Notes: generated from the sequence alone by a model not told the origin. Counted from the first letter of the stretch, positions 1-12,938 are shown. The stretch is DNA of 64,000 nt from Escherichia coli (GCF_050920415.1 NZ_CP169309.1); one strand, 5' to 3'. Numbers and translations are program-made.

Positions 1-196
1 GCCCTCGTCATGAGGGCTTTATCCTTATATTGCTCAAATCACCAGCAAACACCGACATATTTGCAACTCAATATTCACAACAACCTTACACTGCGACACT
101 ATTTTCGCTATGGTTATGCGTAAGCATTGCCGTTGCTTCGTCACGGCAATATAATGAGAATTATTATCATTAAAAGATGGTTTGAGGAGTAAGTAT

Positions 197-949
197 ATGG
201 CTGTAACTAAGCTGGTTCTGGTTCGTCATGGCGAAAGTCAGTGGAACAAAGAAAACCGTTTTACCGGTTGGTACGACGTGGATCTGTCTGAGAAAGGCGT
301 AAGCGAAGCAAAAGCAGCTGGTAAGCTGCTGAAAGAGGAAGGTTACAGCTTTGATTTTGCTTACACCTCTGTGCTGAAACGCGCTATCCATACCCTGTGG
401 AATGTGCTGGACGAACTGGATCAGGCATGGCTGCCCGTTGAGAAATCCTGGAAACTGAACGAACGTCACTACGGTGCGTTGCAGGGTCTGAACAAAGCGG
501 AAACTGCTGAAAAGTATGGCGACGAGCAGGTGAAACAGTGGCGTCGTGGTTTTGCGGTAACTCCGCCGGAACTGACTAAAGATGATGAACGTTATCCGGG
601 CCACGATCCACGTTACGCGAAGCTGAGCGAGAAAGAGCTGCCACTGACGGAAAGCCTGGCGCTGACCATTGACCGCGTGATCCCTTACTGGAATGAAACT
701 ATTCTGCCGCGAATGAAGAGCGGTGAGCGCGTGATCATCGCCGCACACGGTAACTCGTTACGTGCGCTGGTGAAATATCTCGATAATATGAGCGAAGAAG
801 AGATTCTTGAGCTGAATATCCCGACTGGCGTGCCACTGGTTTATGAATTCGACGAGAATTTCAAACCGCTGAAACGCTATTATCTGGGTAATGCTGACGA
901 GATCGCGGCGAAAGCAGCGGCCGTTGCTAACCAGGGTAAAGCGAAGTAA
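197..949 (+). CDS. gpmA: 2,3-bisphosphoglycerate-dependent phosphoglycerate mutase
   Basis: Translation from ATG 197 ([17 protein letters not shown]...) matches GpmA with the RHGE catalytic motif; GAGGAG RBS at 184-189; the track ORF starts 5 codons upstream at TTG. Confidence 0.95.
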
Positions 950-972
950 ACGTCATTCGCTTAAAAATGAGA

Positions 973-1003
973 AAGCCGACTGCAAGTGAGTCGGCTTTTT
1001 TGT
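973..1003 (+). terminator. Rho-independent terminator after gpmA
   Basis: Stem aagccgact/agtcggctt (973-981 / 989-997) followed by a T-run. Confidence 0.7.
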
Positions 1004-1107
1004 TGCTAACAATGGAGCACATTGCCTGATGCGACGCTGCGCGTCTTGTCAGGGCTACGGTGATTCATCAGATACGCCACTCTGACGGCGCATCCGACAA
1101 TTAAACC

Positions 1108-2160
1108 TTACCCGCGACGCGCTTTTACTGCATTCGCCAGTTGACGTAACAGAGCATCGGTATCTTCCCAGCCGATGCAGGCATCAGTGATGCTCTTACC
1201 GTAGGCCAGCGGCTCCCCGCTCTCGAGGCTCTGATTGCCTTCCACCAGATGGCTTTCCACCATCACGCCAATAATGGCCTTTTCGCCACCGGCAATCTGC
1301 TGGCAAACGTCAGCACAAACATCCATCTGCTTTTTGAATTGTTTCGACGAGTTAGCATGGCTGAAATCGATCATCACCTGTGCTGGCAGGCCTGCCTTGT
1401 TCAGCCCTTCTTTCACTTCAGCAACGTGCTTCGCGCTGTAGTTAGGCTCTTTACCGCCGCGCAGAATGATATGGCAATCGCCGTTACCGCTGGTGTTCAC
1501 GATCGCCGAATGCCCCCATTTGGTTACGGACAGGAAGCAGTGCGGCGCACCGGCGGCATTTATGGCATCGATAGCCACTTTAATCGTACCGTCGGTGCCA
1601 TTTTTGAAGCCGACCGGACAAGAAAGCCCAGACGCCAGTTCGCGGTGCACCTGCGATTCCGTTGTACGTGCGCCAATTGCGCCCCAGCTCATCAGGTCCG
1701 CGAGATATTGCGGGGTGATCATATCCAGGAATTCACCCGCCGCTGGCAGACCGCTGTCGTTAATATCGAGCAGCAATTTGCGGGCAATACGCAGACCGTC
1801 GTTGATCTGGAAGCTGTTATCCATATGCGGATCGTTAATCAGCCCTTTCCAGCCCACTGTGGTACGCGGCTTTTCAAAGTAGACGCGCATTACGATTTCC
1901 AGCTCATCTTTCAGCTCTTCACGCAGCGCCAGCAAGCGAGTGGCATACTCTTTAGCCGCGACGGGATCATGAATAGAACACGGACCAATCACCACCAACA
2001 GGCGATCATCATTACCTTTCAGGATCTTATGGATCGCTTTTCGGGCATGGGCAACCGTATTCGCGGCATTTTCAGTAGCGGGGAATTTTTCCAGCAATGC
2101 GACAGGAGGAAGTAACTCTTTGATTTCTTTGATTCGTAAATCGTCGTTCTGATAATTCAT
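1108..2160 (-). CDS. aroG: Phe-sensitive DAHP synthase
   Basis: 350-aa translation MNYQNDDLRIKEIKELLPP... matches AroG end to end. Confidence 0.95.
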   Translation of the reverse strand: MNYQNDDLRIKEIKELLPPVALLEKFPATENAANTVAHARKAIHKILKGNDDRLLVVIGPCSIHDPVAAKEYATRLLALREELKDELEIVMRVYFEKPRTTVGWKGLINDPHMDNSFQINDGLRIARKLLLDINDSGLPAAGEFLDMITPQYLADLMSWGAIGARTTESQVHRELASGLSCPVGFKNGTDGTIKVAIDAINAAGAPHCFLSVTKWGHSAIVNTSGNGDCHIILRGGKEPNYSAKHVAEVKEGLNKAGLPAQVMIDFSHANSSKQFKKQMDVCADVCQQIAGGEKAIIGVMVESHLVEGNQSLESGEPLAYGKSITDACIGWEDTDALLRQLANAVKARRG

Positions 2161-2230
2161 GTCTGTTCCAGTGTTGCCATACTTATCTTAGTGAATGCAA
2201 TACTTCCAATCTATATCTTCCGTCAGAATG

Positions 2231-2248
2231 TGTAAACGGGGTTTTACA
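2231..2248. promoter_or_regulatory. TyrR box upstream of aroG
   Basis: Perfect TGTAAA-N6-TTTACA palindrome 71-88 bp upstream of the aroG start codon. Confidence 0.6.
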
Positions 2249-2475
2249 CTATGAACGGATTAATCCTGGAATTAGCAAGAAAAACGCCAGATTGTCGCGA
2301 AAAACGAGATCTCTCCTACAATTTCTAACTGTAACTCCTTTGTTTGTTAATTATTTCAAGATTCTCTTCTGGGTATCTTTGCCTAGCTGAAATCTTAAAC
2401 AATTACTTTATATTCACCTGCAAATGCACTGTTGGAAGAGGTTATCCGACATAACGACCATAACAGGAGCATCCT

Positions 2476-2856
2476 ATGAAAATGACAAAACTGGCCACAC
2501 TATTTTTGACTGCCACTCTAAGCCTTGCCAGCGGTGCCGCACTGGCTGCCGATAGCGGAGCGCAAAGCAATAACGGCCAGGCAAACGCCGCAGCTGATGC
2601 GGGCCAGGTAGCCCCTGACGCCCGTGAAAATGTCGCGCCAAATAACGTCGACAATAACGGGGTAAATACCGGTTCTGGCGGCACAATGCTGCATCCGGAT
2701 GGTTCTTCAATGAACAATGACGGCATGACCAAAGATGAAGAGCACAAGAACACCATGTGCAAAGATGGTCGCTGCCCGGATATCAATAAAAAAGTCCAAA
2801 CCGGTGATGGCATCAACAATGATGTCGATACCAAAACCGACGGTACCACGCAGTAA
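2476..2856 (+). CDS. ybgS: Secreted Gly/Asn-rich protein YbgS
   Basis: Signal-peptide-like N-terminus ([24 protein letters not shown]), AGGAG RBS at 2465-2469, K-12 synteny. Confidence 0.85.
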   Translation: MKMTKLATLFLTATLSLASGAALAADSGAQSNNGQANAAADAGQVAPDARENVAPNNVDNNGVNTGSGGTMLHPDGSSMNNDGMTKDEEHKNTMCKDGRCPDINKKVQTGDGINNDVDTKTDGTTQ

Positions 2857-2877
2857 CCCTGCGAAATAGCCAATAAT

Positions 2878-2905
2878 GGGAGAGCGGAGTCTCTCCTTTT
2901 TTATT
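2878..2905 (+). terminator. Rho-independent terminator after ybgS
   Basis: ggagag-cggagt-ctctcc hairpin followed by TTTTTT. Confidence 0.65.
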
Positions 2906-2969
2906 TTTCTCTTCTAAAAGCAGTATGATGTCATAAAGTTAAGTGAGAATAATTAAGGGATGACTCGTC

Positions 2970-3905
2970 ATGGCACACTCACACAGTTCCTCACACCTGC
3001 CAGAAGATAATAATGCTCGTCGCTTGTTATATGCTTTCGGCGTGACTGCCGGGTTTATGCTGGTAGAAGTCATTGGTGGTTTTCTTTCCGGTTCTCTGGC
3101 ATTGCTGGCCGATGCGGGTCATATGTTGACCGATACTGCCGCCCTGCTTTTCGCCCTACTCGCCGTGCAATTCTCCCGTCGTCCTCCCACCATTCGCCAC
3201 ACTTTCGGTTGGCTAAGATTGACCACGCTCGCGGCGTTTGTGAATGCCATCGCTCTGGTGGTGATTACCATTTTGATTGTCTGGGAGGCGATAGAACGCT
3301 TCCGCACGCCGCGTCCGGTCGAGGGTGGCATGATGATGGCTATTGCCGTGGCTGGGCTGCTGGCCAATATACTTTCTTTCTGGTTACTTCATCACGGTAG
3401 CGAAGAGAAAAACCTCAACGTGCGCGCAGCGGCACTGCATGTTCTCGGGGACCTACTGGGTTCGGTTGGGGCTATTATTGCCGCGTTGATTATTATCTGG
3501 ACCGGCTGGACACCTGCAGACCCCATTCTCTCGATACTGGTATCGCTTCTGGTTCTGCGCAGCGCCTGGCGGTTATTGAAAGACAGCGTGAATGAATTAC
3601 TTGAAGGTGCGCCCGTTTCGCTGGATATCGCTGAAATGAAACGCCGCATGTGCCGGAAAATCCCGGAAGTCCGCAATGTGCACCATGTACATGTGTGGAT
3701 GGTGGGCGAAAAGCCAGTGATGACGCTGCATGTGCAGGTGATCCCGCCACACGATCACGACGCGTTGTTGGATCAGATCCAACATTATCTGATGGATCAC
3801 TATCAGATTGCACACGCCACCATCCAGATGGAATATCAACCTTGTCATGGGCCAGAGTGCCACCTGAACGAAGGGGTGTCTGGCCATTCACATCATCATC
3901 ATTAA
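2970..3905 (+). CDS. zitB: Zn(II) efflux transporter, cation diffusion facilitator family
   Basis: Multi-TM CDF-like protein with His-rich N- and C-termini (SHSSSH ... HSHHHH); synteny. Confidence 0.9.
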   Translation: MAHSHSSSHLPEDNNARRLLYAFGVTAGFMLVEVIGGFLSGSLALLADAGHMLTDTAALLFALLAVQFSRRPPTIRHTFGWLRLTTLAAFVNAIALVVITILIVWEAIERFRTPRPVEGGMMMAIAVAGLLANILSFWLLHHGSEEKNLNVRAAALHVLGDLLGSVGAIIAALIIIWTGWTPADPILSILVSLLVLRSAWRLLKDSVNELLEGAPVSLDIAEMKRRMCRKIPEVRNVHHVHVWMVGEKPVMTLHVQVIPPHDHDALLDQIQHYLMDHYQIAHATIQMEYQPCHGPECHLNEGVSGHSHHHH

Positions 3906-4621
3906 TGGGACAGCGCGCGTGAACCTCTTTCGCGTGCGCTGTTGATCCACATCCGGCTGCCGTTGAGGGCAATAAAGGTCAGGATGATGTACTCCAGAGA
4001 CATGGCGTAAACGCCCTGAAGTGCAAAAATAACGACGCTAATCACGTTAATAATCACCCACAATAGCCAGTTTTCCACATACTTACGTGTCATCAGAATC
4101 ATTGCCACGATAGATAACACCATCATGCAGGAATCCCAGAACGGGAAGGCATCCGGTTGCAGTTCAGGCATTGCAACCTGTAATCCTAACGCTTGCATGA
4201 TCATAACTGCCACGCGGGTCAAAAATGCAAACACCGGATTGATAAATACCGTCATCAGACTAATCGAAACAACGCAAACCGCAATCCAGCTTAGCGCCTT
4301 CGGCAATGGCAACCAGCGAATTTTCAACTCCGCCTCGTTCTGACTGGTTTGTCGCGACCACGCATACCAACCGTAAATATTCGCGGCAAAGAAAAACACC
4401 TGTAATAGCAGGCTGGCATACAGCTGAATCTGAAAGAAAATAATGCCAAACAAGGTGACGTTGATCAGGCCAAAGAAGTAGTTGCTGATCTTCTCCAGAC
4501 TGGCAAGGCCAATACACAGCAACCCGGCGATCGTGCCTACCGCTTCGATCCATGAGAGATCATAACCGCCTGCTCCTATTGGTATATGTACCAGGATATT
4601 CTGCACACTAAAAAAATCCAT
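3902..4621 (-). CDS. pnuC: Nicotinamide riboside transporter
   Basis: 239-aa polytopic membrane protein matching PnuC; convergent with zitB, stops overlap by 4 nt. Confidence 0.9.
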   Translation of the reverse strand: MDFFSVQNILVHIPIGAGGYDLSWIEAVGTIAGLLCIGLASLEKISNYFFGLINVTLFGIIFFQIQLYASLLLQVFFFAANIYGWYAWSRQTSQNEAELKIRWLPLPKALSWIAVCVVSISLMTVFINPVFAFLTRVAVMIMQALGLQVAMPELQPDAFPFWDSCMMVLSIVAMILMTRKYVENWLLWVIINVISVVIFALQGVYAMSLEYIILTFIALNGSRMWINSARERGSRALSH

Positions 4622-4658
4622 CTTTCCCCCAAAGCGTAACGTGACGCCTTATTATTAG

Positions 4659-5702
4659 TTATCCACGTAGTGTAGCCGCAAAATCCAGCATACGATTGAG
4701 CGGCACCAGCGCCTTCTCTCGCAGCCTTTCCTCAACATGAACCTCGTGATTGCTTCCTTCCTGTTCTAATGCCTCTGCGATGGCCTGAAGGCCATTCATG
4801 GCCATCCACGGACAATGCGCGCAGCTGCGGCAGGTTGCGCCCTCACCCGCGGTTGGTGCTTCCCGTAACTCTTTATCTGGCACCGCCTGCTGCATTTTGT
4901 AGAAAATACCCCGATCGGTTGCCACGATAAGTCGCTGATGTGGCAATGTTTTCGCAGCAGCGATCAGTTGACTGGTGGAACCGACCGCATCCGCCATATC
5001 TACAATAGCTTGCGGTGATTCTGGATGCACCAGTATGGCAGCATCCGGGTATTCTTCTTGCAAGCGGGTTAACGCCTGAGTCTTAAACTCATCATGCACA
5101 ATGCAGGCACCCTGCCAGCATAAAATGTCTGCGCCCGTCTGTTTTTGCACGTAACGCCCCAGATGTTTGTCGGGAGCCCAGATGATTTTTTCCCCCAAAC
5201 TATCCAGATGATCAATAAGTTCGACGGCAATGCTTGAAGTTACCACCCAATCTGCGCGCGCTTTTACCGCAGCAGAAGTGTTGGCGTAGACGACGACAGT
5301 ACGATCGGGATGGGCATCGCAAAATGCGTTAAATTCTTCAACAGGGCAGCCGAGATCCAGTGAACATTCAGCCTGAAGTGTCGGCATCAGAATTGTTTTT
5401 TCCGGACTGAGAATTTTGGCGGTTTCTCCCATAAATCTCACCCCAGCGACTAACAACGTAGAAGCGGGATGCTTTGCACCGAAGCGCGCCATTTCCAGAG
5501 AATCAGAAATACAGCCACCCGTTTCTTCTGCCAGTTGTTGAATTTCGGGATCGGTATAGTAGTGGGCAACCATCACCGCATTACGTTCTTTTAGCAGACG
5601 TTTTATCTTCTCACGGTAATACGCTTTTTCATCAATACTTAACGGCGTCGGCTTCGGGGGGAAAGGATAAATCGCCGCTTCAGGATCAAACATCACGCTC
5701 AT
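4659..5702 (-). CDS. nadA: Quinolinate synthase
   Basis: 347-aa translation [18 protein letters not shown]... matches NadA. Confidence 0.95.
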   Translation of the reverse strand: MSVMFDPEAAIYPFPPKPTPLSIDEKAYYREKIKRLLKERNAVMVAHYYTDPEIQQLAEETGGCISDSLEMARFGAKHPASTLLVAGVRFMGETAKILSPEKTILMPTLQAECSLDLGCPVEEFNAFCDAHPDRTVVVYANTSAAVKARADWVVTSSIAVELIDHLDSLGEKIIWAPDKHLGRYVQKQTGADILCWQGACIVHDEFKTQALTRLQEEYPDAAILVHPESPQAIVDMADAVGSTSQLIAAAKTLPHQRLIVATDRGIFYKMQQAVPDKELREAPTAGEGATCRSCAHCPWMAMNGLQAIAEALEQEGSNHEVHVEERLREKALVPLNRMLDFAATLRG

Positions 5703-5950
5703 CTTACCATCTCGTTTTACAGGCTTAACATTAAAACCGACATAAGCGTGATATTCGCTATTATCGGCATGATTTGTTTTATATGCTAAACAAGATAGTC
5801 GAATGGTGGGGAAAAGTCACTCGAAATACGTATGAGATGACGAATGCCACACTTTGCGTCTTATTCCTCCGACGTAGAGTCGTTTACGCAGCAAGCGCGG
5901 AGTATGTCATCAGGGTCAAGAATTGAAATTGAGAGATGCCTGAATAGCAA

Positions 5951-6130
5951 AAAAGCGCCTTTAGGGCGCTTTTTTACATTGGTGGGTCGTGCAGGATGAC
6001 TCACTTCGCTCGCCCTTCGGGCCGTCGCCGCGAGCGGCTCCGTTGTTTCGCTGCGCTCAACTCGAACCTGCTGCAGGTTCGAATCTTTGAATATCCCAGA
6101 TAGCAAAAAAGCGCCTTTAGGGCGCTTTTT
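5951..6130 (-). repeat. Duplicated terminator hairpin plus vestigial tRNA-Lys 3' end, distal to lysQ
   Basis: aaaagcgcctttagggcgcttttt occurs at about 5951-5975 and 6106-6131; TTGGTGGGTCGTGCAGGAT (tRNA-Lys 3' end) recurs at 5979-5997 without the rest of the tRNA. Confidence 0.7.
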
Positions 6131-6136
6131 TTACAT

Positions 6137-6212
6137 TGGTGGGTCGTGCAGGATTCGAACCTGCGACCAATTGATTAAAAGTCAACTGCTCTACCAACTG
6201 AGCTAACGACCC
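6137..6212 (-). tRNA. lysQ: tRNA-Lys (anticodon UUU)
   Basis: Reverse complement gives a 76-nt tRNA GGGTCGTTAGCTCAG...CTTTTAATC...CACCA; position 7 of the operon. Confidence 0.93.
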
Positions 6213-6344
6213 CTTGCGGGATTATGCTGCTTTAATCATTCAGGATGGTGGGTCGTGCAGGATGACTCGACTTCGTCTCGCCCTTCGGGCCGTTGCTGAC
6301 GCAACGTTATCCTTCACATTCTCTACCAGTAACCACCTTTAAAT

Positions 6345-6420
6345 TGGTGGGTCGTGCAGGATTCGAACCTGCGACCAATTGATTAAAAGTCAACTGCTCT
6401 ACCAACTGAGCTAACGACCC
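6345..6420 (-). tRNA. lysZ: tRNA-Lys (anticodon UUU)
   Basis: Identical 76-nt tRNA-Lys copy. Confidence 0.93.
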
Positions 6421-6566
6421 ATACGGGTGTTACCTGAATGATTTCTACTCGGGACCAATCTTTAATATTGGTGGATCGTGCAGGATGACTCGCTTCGCTC
6501 GCCCTACGGGCCGTTGCTGGCGCAACGTTATCCTTCACGCTTAACATCTGAGTTTGATGTTAAAAC

Positions 6567-6642
6567 TGGTGGGTCGTGCAGGATTCGAACCTGCGACCAA
6601 TTGATTAAAAGTCAACTGCTCTACCAACTGAGCTAACGACCC
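6567..6642 (-). tRNA. lysY: tRNA-Lys (anticodon UUU)
   Basis: Identical 76-nt tRNA-Lys copy. Confidence 0.93.
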
Positions 6643-6645
6643 GAG

Positions 6646-6721
6646 TGGTGGGTGATGACGGGATCGAACCGCCGACCCCCTCCTTGTAAGGGAGGTGCTC
6701 TCCCAGCTGAGCTAATCACCC
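6646..6721 (-). tRNA. valZ: tRNA-Val (anticodon UAC)
   Basis: Reverse complement gives GGGTGATTAGCTCAGCTGGGAGAGCACCTCCCTTACAAGGAGG...CACCA; 3 nt from lysY. Confidence 0.93.
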
Positions 6722-6771
6722 GATACTGCGCTGGATACTACAAACTACTTCCACCGAACCCACCGCATTAG

Positions 6772-6847
6772 TGGTGGGTCGTGCAGGATTCGAACCTGCG
6801 ACCAATTGATTAAAAGTCAACTGCTCTACCAACTGAGCTAACGACCC
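6772..6847 (-). tRNA. lysW: tRNA-Lys (anticodon UUU)
   Basis: Identical 76-nt tRNA-Lys copy. Confidence 0.93.
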
Positions 6848-6849
6848 GG

Positions 6850-6925
6850 TGGTGGGTGATGACGGGATCGAACCGCCGACCCCCTCCTTGTAAGGGAGGT
6901 GCTCTCCCAGCTGAGCTAATCACCC
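6850..6925 (-). tRNA. valT: tRNA-Val (anticodon UAC)
   Basis: Identical tRNA-Val copy, 2 nt from lysW. Confidence 0.93.
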
Positions 6926-7060
6926 GATACTACGCTGGATACTACAACTAACTAGGTTAGTGGTGGGTCGTGCAGGATGACTCGACTTCGTCTCGCCCTT
7001 CGGGCCGTTGCTGACGCAACGTTATCCTTCACGTTTTACTACCGCTTCCACCTTAGCGAT

Positions 7061-7136
7061 TGGTGGGTCGTGCAGGATTCGAACCTGCGACCAATTGATT
7101 AAAAGTCAACTGCTCTACCAACTGAGCTAACGACCC
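7061..7136 (-). tRNA. lysT: tRNA-Lys (anticodon UUU)
   Basis: First gene of the operon; identical 76-nt tRNA-Lys. Confidence 0.93.
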
Positions 7137-7300
7137 ACTTTTTCGTTGCTTTCGGTTTGTTTGATATCCCGTGGCAACGGCGGCATATATTACTGATTTC
7201 AGACTTGAGCGCAACAAAAATTTCGATGTAGATCACTCAACTGCTTATGATTCGCACGACACGACCAGAAATAATGCGACTTCTGGTCGTGTGTTATGCA

Positions 7301-8092
7301 TTACATCGCGTTCAGACGTTTTTGCGCCTGTTTTGCGCCATCAGTACCAGGGTATTTACTGATAACCTGCTGGTATACGGCTTTCGCTTTTGCGGTGTCA
7401 CCTTTCTCCTGCATGATGACGCCGACTTTAAACATCGCATCTGCAGCCTTCGGTGACTTCGGATAGTTTTTCACTACCGAAGCAAAATAATACGCCGCAT
7501 CATCTTTTTTACCCTTGTTGTAGTTTAACTGACCCAGCCAATAATTGGCGTTTGGCAGGTAAGTTGAATCAGGGTAATTTTTGATGAAATTCTGAAATGC
7601 CACCATTGCGTCATCCTGGCGGGATTTATCCTGCACCAGCGCAATAGCTGCATTGTAATCCGTGTTTGCATCACCGCTTTTCACCGGCGCGCCAGCATTC
7701 GCAGTACCAGCATCAGCTGTCGGCGTCGTTGATGCCGCCGCACCGCTTTGATCGCCGCTGGTTGATTGCGCCGCTGCACCACCGCTGCTGAGGCTATCGA
7801 TCTGCAACAGGATCTGCTTTTGCCGCTCCACGACCTGATTCAGTTGATACTGATTTTCCTGAATCTGACCACGCAGGGAATCAATATCGGATTGATTATC
7901 AGAGAGTTGTTGCTGGAGTTGGGTTAAAAGCTGGCTGTGAGCATTAGAAATACGCTCAAGTTGAGTGACGCGGTCTTCGACCGAGCCTGAGCCGACACTA
8001 CTGATTGGTGCCTGAGCAAAAGCGGCCCAGGGGGCCGCTATACCAACCAGTAACGACAGACTCAATAGTTGATGTCTGAAGTTACTGCTCAT
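7301..8092 (-). CDS. cpoB: Cell-division coordinator CpoB (YbgF), TPR protein
   Basis: 263-aa protein with signal peptide, coiled-coil/Q-rich region and C-terminal TPR repeats; last gene of tol-pal. Confidence 0.9.
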   Translation of the reverse strand: MSSNFRHQLLSLSLLVGIAAPWAAFAQAPISSVGSGSVEDRVTQLERISNAHSQLLTQLQQQLSDNQSDIDSLRGQIQENQYQLNQVVERQKQILLQIDSLSSGGAAAQSTSGDQSGAAASTTPTADAGTANAGAPVKSGDANTDYNAAIALVQDKSRQDDAMVAFQNFIKNYPDSTYLPNANYWLGQLNYNKGKKDDAAYYFASVVKNYPKSPKAADAMFKVGVIMQEKGDTAKAKAVYQQVISKYPGTDGAKQAQKRLNAM

Positions 8093-8101
8093 GCAATTCT
8101 C

Positions 8102-8647
<546 letters not shown>

Positions 8648-8657
8648 TTAATTATTA

Positions 8658-9950
8658 TCACAGATACGGCGACCAGGCAGGGAATTTGACCTGTCCATCA
8701 GTTGCCGGAAGACGCGCTTTGAAACGCCCATCTGTAGAAACCAAATTCAGCACGGATCCCATCCCCTGAGAAGAGCTGTAGATTACCATAGTGCCGTTAG
8801 GTGCCAGACTTGGCGTTTCATCCAGGAACGTGGACGACAGAACTTGTACGCCTCCCGTTGCCAGATCTTGTTTGGCAATGTGCTGCTGCCCACCATTGGA
8901 GCTGACCATTACCATAAATTTACCGTCGCTGCTGACATCCGCATCCTGGTTCTGCGAACCTTCCCAGGTAATACGTTGTGGCGCACCGCCGTTGATATTC
9001 ACTTTATAAACCTGCGGACGACCGGCCTGGTCAGAAGTAAATGCCAGGTTCTGGCTGTCCGGGAACCAGGTCGGTTCGGTATTGTTACTGCGACCATCAG
9101 TCACCTGGCGGATCTGACCAGAAGCCAAATCCATTACGTACAGGTTCAGGCTACCGGTTTTCGACAAGGCGAATGCCAGTTTGCTGCCGTCTGGCGAGAA
9201 TGCAGGGGCACCGTTGTGACGCGGGAATGAAGCCACCTGACGTACAGCACCATTTGCCAGCGTTTGAATAACCAGCGCTGAACGACCGCTCTCGAAAGTC
9301 ACATAGGCCAGTTTAGAACCATCCGGTGACCATGCCGGAGACATCAGCGGCTGCGGAGAACGGTGAACGACAAACTGGTTGTAACCGTCATAGTCAGATA
9401 CGCGCAGTTCATACGGGAACTGACCGCCGTTGGTCTGAACAACGTAGGCAATACGGGTACGGAACGCACCTTTAATGCCGGTCAGTTTTTCAAACACTTC
9501 ATCACTGGCGGTATGACCAGCATAACGCAGCCACTGCTTGTTCACTTTGTACGAGTTCTGAGCAAGTACAGTACCCGGTGCGCCGCCAGTGTCAACCAGC
9601 TGATAAGCAACATTGTAAGAGCCGTCCGGATTCGGAGTGACCTGGCCGACAACCACAGCGTCAATGCCCAGCGCAGACCATGCTGCTGGTTGTACTTCCT
9701 GTGCACTACCCGGCTGCTGTGGCAGACGAGCGCGATCTAATGGATTAAATTTACCGCTGTTACGCAAGTCAGCAGCAACGATGCCGCCAATATCTTCAGG
9801 TGCTGCACCAGGACCCGCCCACTGGAAAGGAACAACGCCAATAGGACGACCGGAATCTACACCGCTGTCGATCACAATGCGGACTTCAGCATGCAGAACT
9901 GATGCCCACAGTATGAGAAAACCAAATGCTACTCGTAATGCCTGCTTCAT
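8658..9950 (-). CDS. tolB: Tol-Pal system periplasmic beta-propeller protein TolB
   Basis: Matches TolB; start taken at the second Met ([12 protein letters not shown]...). Confidence 0.93.
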   Translation of the reverse strand: MKQALRVAFGFLILWASVLHAEVRIVIDSGVDSGRPIGVVPFQWAGPGAAPEDIGGIVAADLRNSGKFNPLDRARLPQQPGSAQEVQPAAWSALGIDAVVVGQVTPNPDGSYNVAYQLVDTGGAPGTVLAQNSYKVNKQWLRYAGHTASDEVFEKLTGIKGAFRTRIAYVVQTNGGQFPYELRVSDYDGYNQFVVHRSPQPLMSPAWSPDGSKLAYVTFESGRSALVIQTLANGAVRQVASFPRHNGAPAFSPDGSKLAFALSKTGSLNLYVMDLASGQIRQVTDGRSNNTEPTWFPDSQNLAFTSDQAGRPQVYKVNINGGAPQRITWEGSQNQDADVSSDGKFMVMVSSNGGQQHIAKQDLATGGVQVLSSTFLDETPSLAPNGTMVIYSSSQGMGSVLNLVSTDGRFKARLPATDGQVKFPAWSPYL

Positions 9951-10082
9951 CATATCTCCCTTATCTGGACCGATGGCCCACGATAATTTAGCAGAATGTT
10001 AACAAACTAAAATACACAAAACTACCAGAACCCCGTGGCAACCGGTGTCTGATGTTGACCGTCGGAACAGTCAGCATCGCGA

Positions 10083-11348
10083 TTACGGTTTGAAGTCCAA
10101 TGGCGCGTTTTTGAACACTTCATATACTGCCTGGCTTGGTGGTTTCGGGATCTTCGCAAGTTTAGCTGCTGCCAACGCAGCCTGACAAAGTGCGGGATCG
10201 CCACCTTCAGGTTTGATATCCAGTAACATACCATCGGGTGCCAGTTTTATGCGCAGCGTACAGGTCTTGCCTGCATAGGACGATGCGTCATAGAACTTAC
10301 TTTCGATAGCAGATTTAATCTGCCCGGCATAGTTATTGATATCGGCCCCTGATGCGCCATTGTTTTTAGTATTACCACTCCCGGCAGGCGAAGCATTGTT
10401 CCCTTTCGCCCCTCCCCCCGTTTTCGGTGCATTCTTACCAGAGCTTAGCTCACCGAAAATATCATCTGCCTCTGCGGCCGCTTTTGCTGCAGCGGCTTTT
10501 TCAGCTGCAGCTTTTGCCGCTGCCGCTTTTTTGTCTGCGGCGGCTTTTTCTGCCGCTGCTTTCTTATCAGCTGCTGCCTTTTCAGCAGCCGCTTTTTCTG
10601 CTGCTTTTTTGTCGGCTGCAGCTTTCTCTGTCGCTGCTTTCTTATCAGCTGCAGCCTTTTCAGCAGCCGCTTTCTTCTCAGCTTCTGCCTTGGTTTTTTC
10701 AGCAGCTTCAGTTGCCGCTTTTTTTCTTGCTTCAGCTGCAGCTGCTTCTGCCGCTTCCGCTTTCTTCTTCAGCGCCGCAGCGGCTGCTTCGGCTTTTTTC
10801 TGCGCTTCGGCTGCGGCTTTGGCGGCTTCTGCTTCTGCTTTTTTCTTCGCGTCTGCAGCCGCTTTCTTCGCTGCTTCTTCCGCAGCTTTTGCATCCGCTT
10901 CAGCCTTCGCTTTAGCATCTGCCGCCGCTTTCGCTGCCGCCTCTTCCGCTTGCTTCTGCTTTAACTCGGCCTGTTTTGCGGCTTCTTCAGCCTGCTTTTT
11001 CTGCTCCTGAGCCGCTAACCGCTCTTTCTCAAGTTGCTTCAGGCGTTCCTGTTCAGCCGCTTGTTTCTCACGCAGTTCTTCCGCAGCCTGCTGTTCCTTC
11101 ATCTTGCGCTGCTCATCAGAACGCTTCGCGCTTGATTCCTGGCTTTGCATGCGTTTGTACTGCTCAACTACCGCACCTGAATCAACCATTACAGCGTCGA
11201 TGGACGAACCACCGCCGCCTCCGGCTGAAGCTTCTATATTCTCATCGAACGAACTCCAGATCAGCGCCGCAAATAAGATGACATGCAGCACTGCTGAAAT
11301 AATTATCGCCCGCTTGAGCTTGTCGTTTTGTTCGGTTGCCTTTGACAC
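10083..11348 (-). CDS. tolA: Tol-Pal system protein TolA
   Basis: 421-aa protein with N-terminal TM helix, long Ala/Lys/Glu-rich helical domain II (imperfect repeats about 10440-11050) and C-terminal domain III. Confidence 0.93.
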   Translation of the reverse strand: MSKATEQNDKLKRAIIISAVLHVILFAALIWSSFDENIEASAGGGGGSSIDAVMVDSGAVVEQYKRMQSQESSAKRSDEQRKMKEQQAAEELREKQAAEQERLKQLEKERLAAQEQKKQAEEAAKQAELKQKQAEEAAAKAAADAKAKAEADAKAAEEAAKKAAADAKKKAEAEAAKAAAEAQKKAEAAAAALKKKAEAAEAAAAEARKKAATEAAEKTKAEAEKKAAAEKAAADKKAATEKAAADKKAAEKAAAEKAAADKKAAAEKAAADKKAAAAKAAAEKAAAAKAAAEADDIFGELSSGKNAPKTGGGAKGNNASPAGSGNTKNNGASGADINNYAGQIKSAIESKFYDASSYAGKTCTLRIKLAPDGMLLDIKPEGGDPALCQAALAAAKLAKIPKPPSQAVYEVFKNAPLDFKP

Positions 11349-11412
11349 TCTCGGTTTCCAAAAACTGTTCGCCTGTTACCCGCTCTCTTTCAAGCAAGGG
11401 AAACGCAGATGT

Positions 11413-11841
11413 TTAGATAGGCTGCGTCATTAAACCAACCGATTTCACACCCGCACTATGTAACAAGTTCAGTGCTTTAATTATTTCATCGTAAGGCACA
11501 TCTTTTGCGCCACCGATCAGAAAGACCGTTTTCGGGTTGGCCTTGAAACGGCTGGACACTTCCGCCACCACCTGCTCTGGTGGTAAACGCTCCAGGCGAT
11601 CTTTCTCAACCATCACGGTGTACTGACCAATACCAGACACTTCAACAATCACTGGCGGATTATCGTTACTGCTCACCGCCTGTGATTCAGTAGCGTCTGG
11701 CAGATCGACCTCCACGCTCTGGGTGATGATGGGCGCTGTCGCCATAAAGATCAGCAACAGCACCAGCAGTACGTCCAGCAACGGTACAATGTTGATTTCG
11801 GACTTGAGATCGCGACGACCTCGTCCACGCGCTCTGGCCAT
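11413..11841 (-). CDS. tolR: Tol-Pal system protein TolR
   Basis: 142-aa ExbD/TolR-family protein. Confidence 0.93.
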   Translation of the reverse strand: MARARGRGRRDLKSEINIVPLLDVLLVLLLIFMATAPIITQSVEVDLPDATESQAVSSNDNPPVIVEVSGIGQYTVMVEKDRLERLPPEQVVAEVSSRFKANPKTVFLIGGAKDVPYDEIIKALNLLHSAGVKSVGLMTQPI

Positions 11842-11844
11842 GGC

Positions 11845-12938
<1,094 letters not shown>

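Noticed and set aside
5861-6106. 81-aa ORF on the minus strand
   Set aside because: It spans the duplicated terminator and the vestigial tRNA-Lys fragment downstream of lysQ; no coding signal.
5941-7140. Regularly spaced repeats that could be mistaken for a CRISPR array
   Set aside because: The repeats are 76-nt tRNA genes with spacer-borne tRNA fragments, not 28-37-bp direct repeats with unique spacers, and there are no cas genes.
7250-7300. Hairpin (acacgaccagaa...ttctggtcgtgt) just downstream of the cpoB stop as the tol-pal terminator
   Set aside because: It has no U-tract on the cpoB-sense strand, so I cannot support an intrinsic terminator call; it may be a stability hairpin or part of the lysT promoter region.
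10336-11010. Ala/Ser/Phe-rich 224-aa ORF and a Leu/Pro/Gln-rich 162-aa ORF on the plus strand, with periodic repeats
   Set aside because: They are antisense and alternate-frame readings of the repetitive Ala-Lys-Glu domain II of tolA; the periodicity belongs to tolA, not to a separate gene or a CRISPR array.
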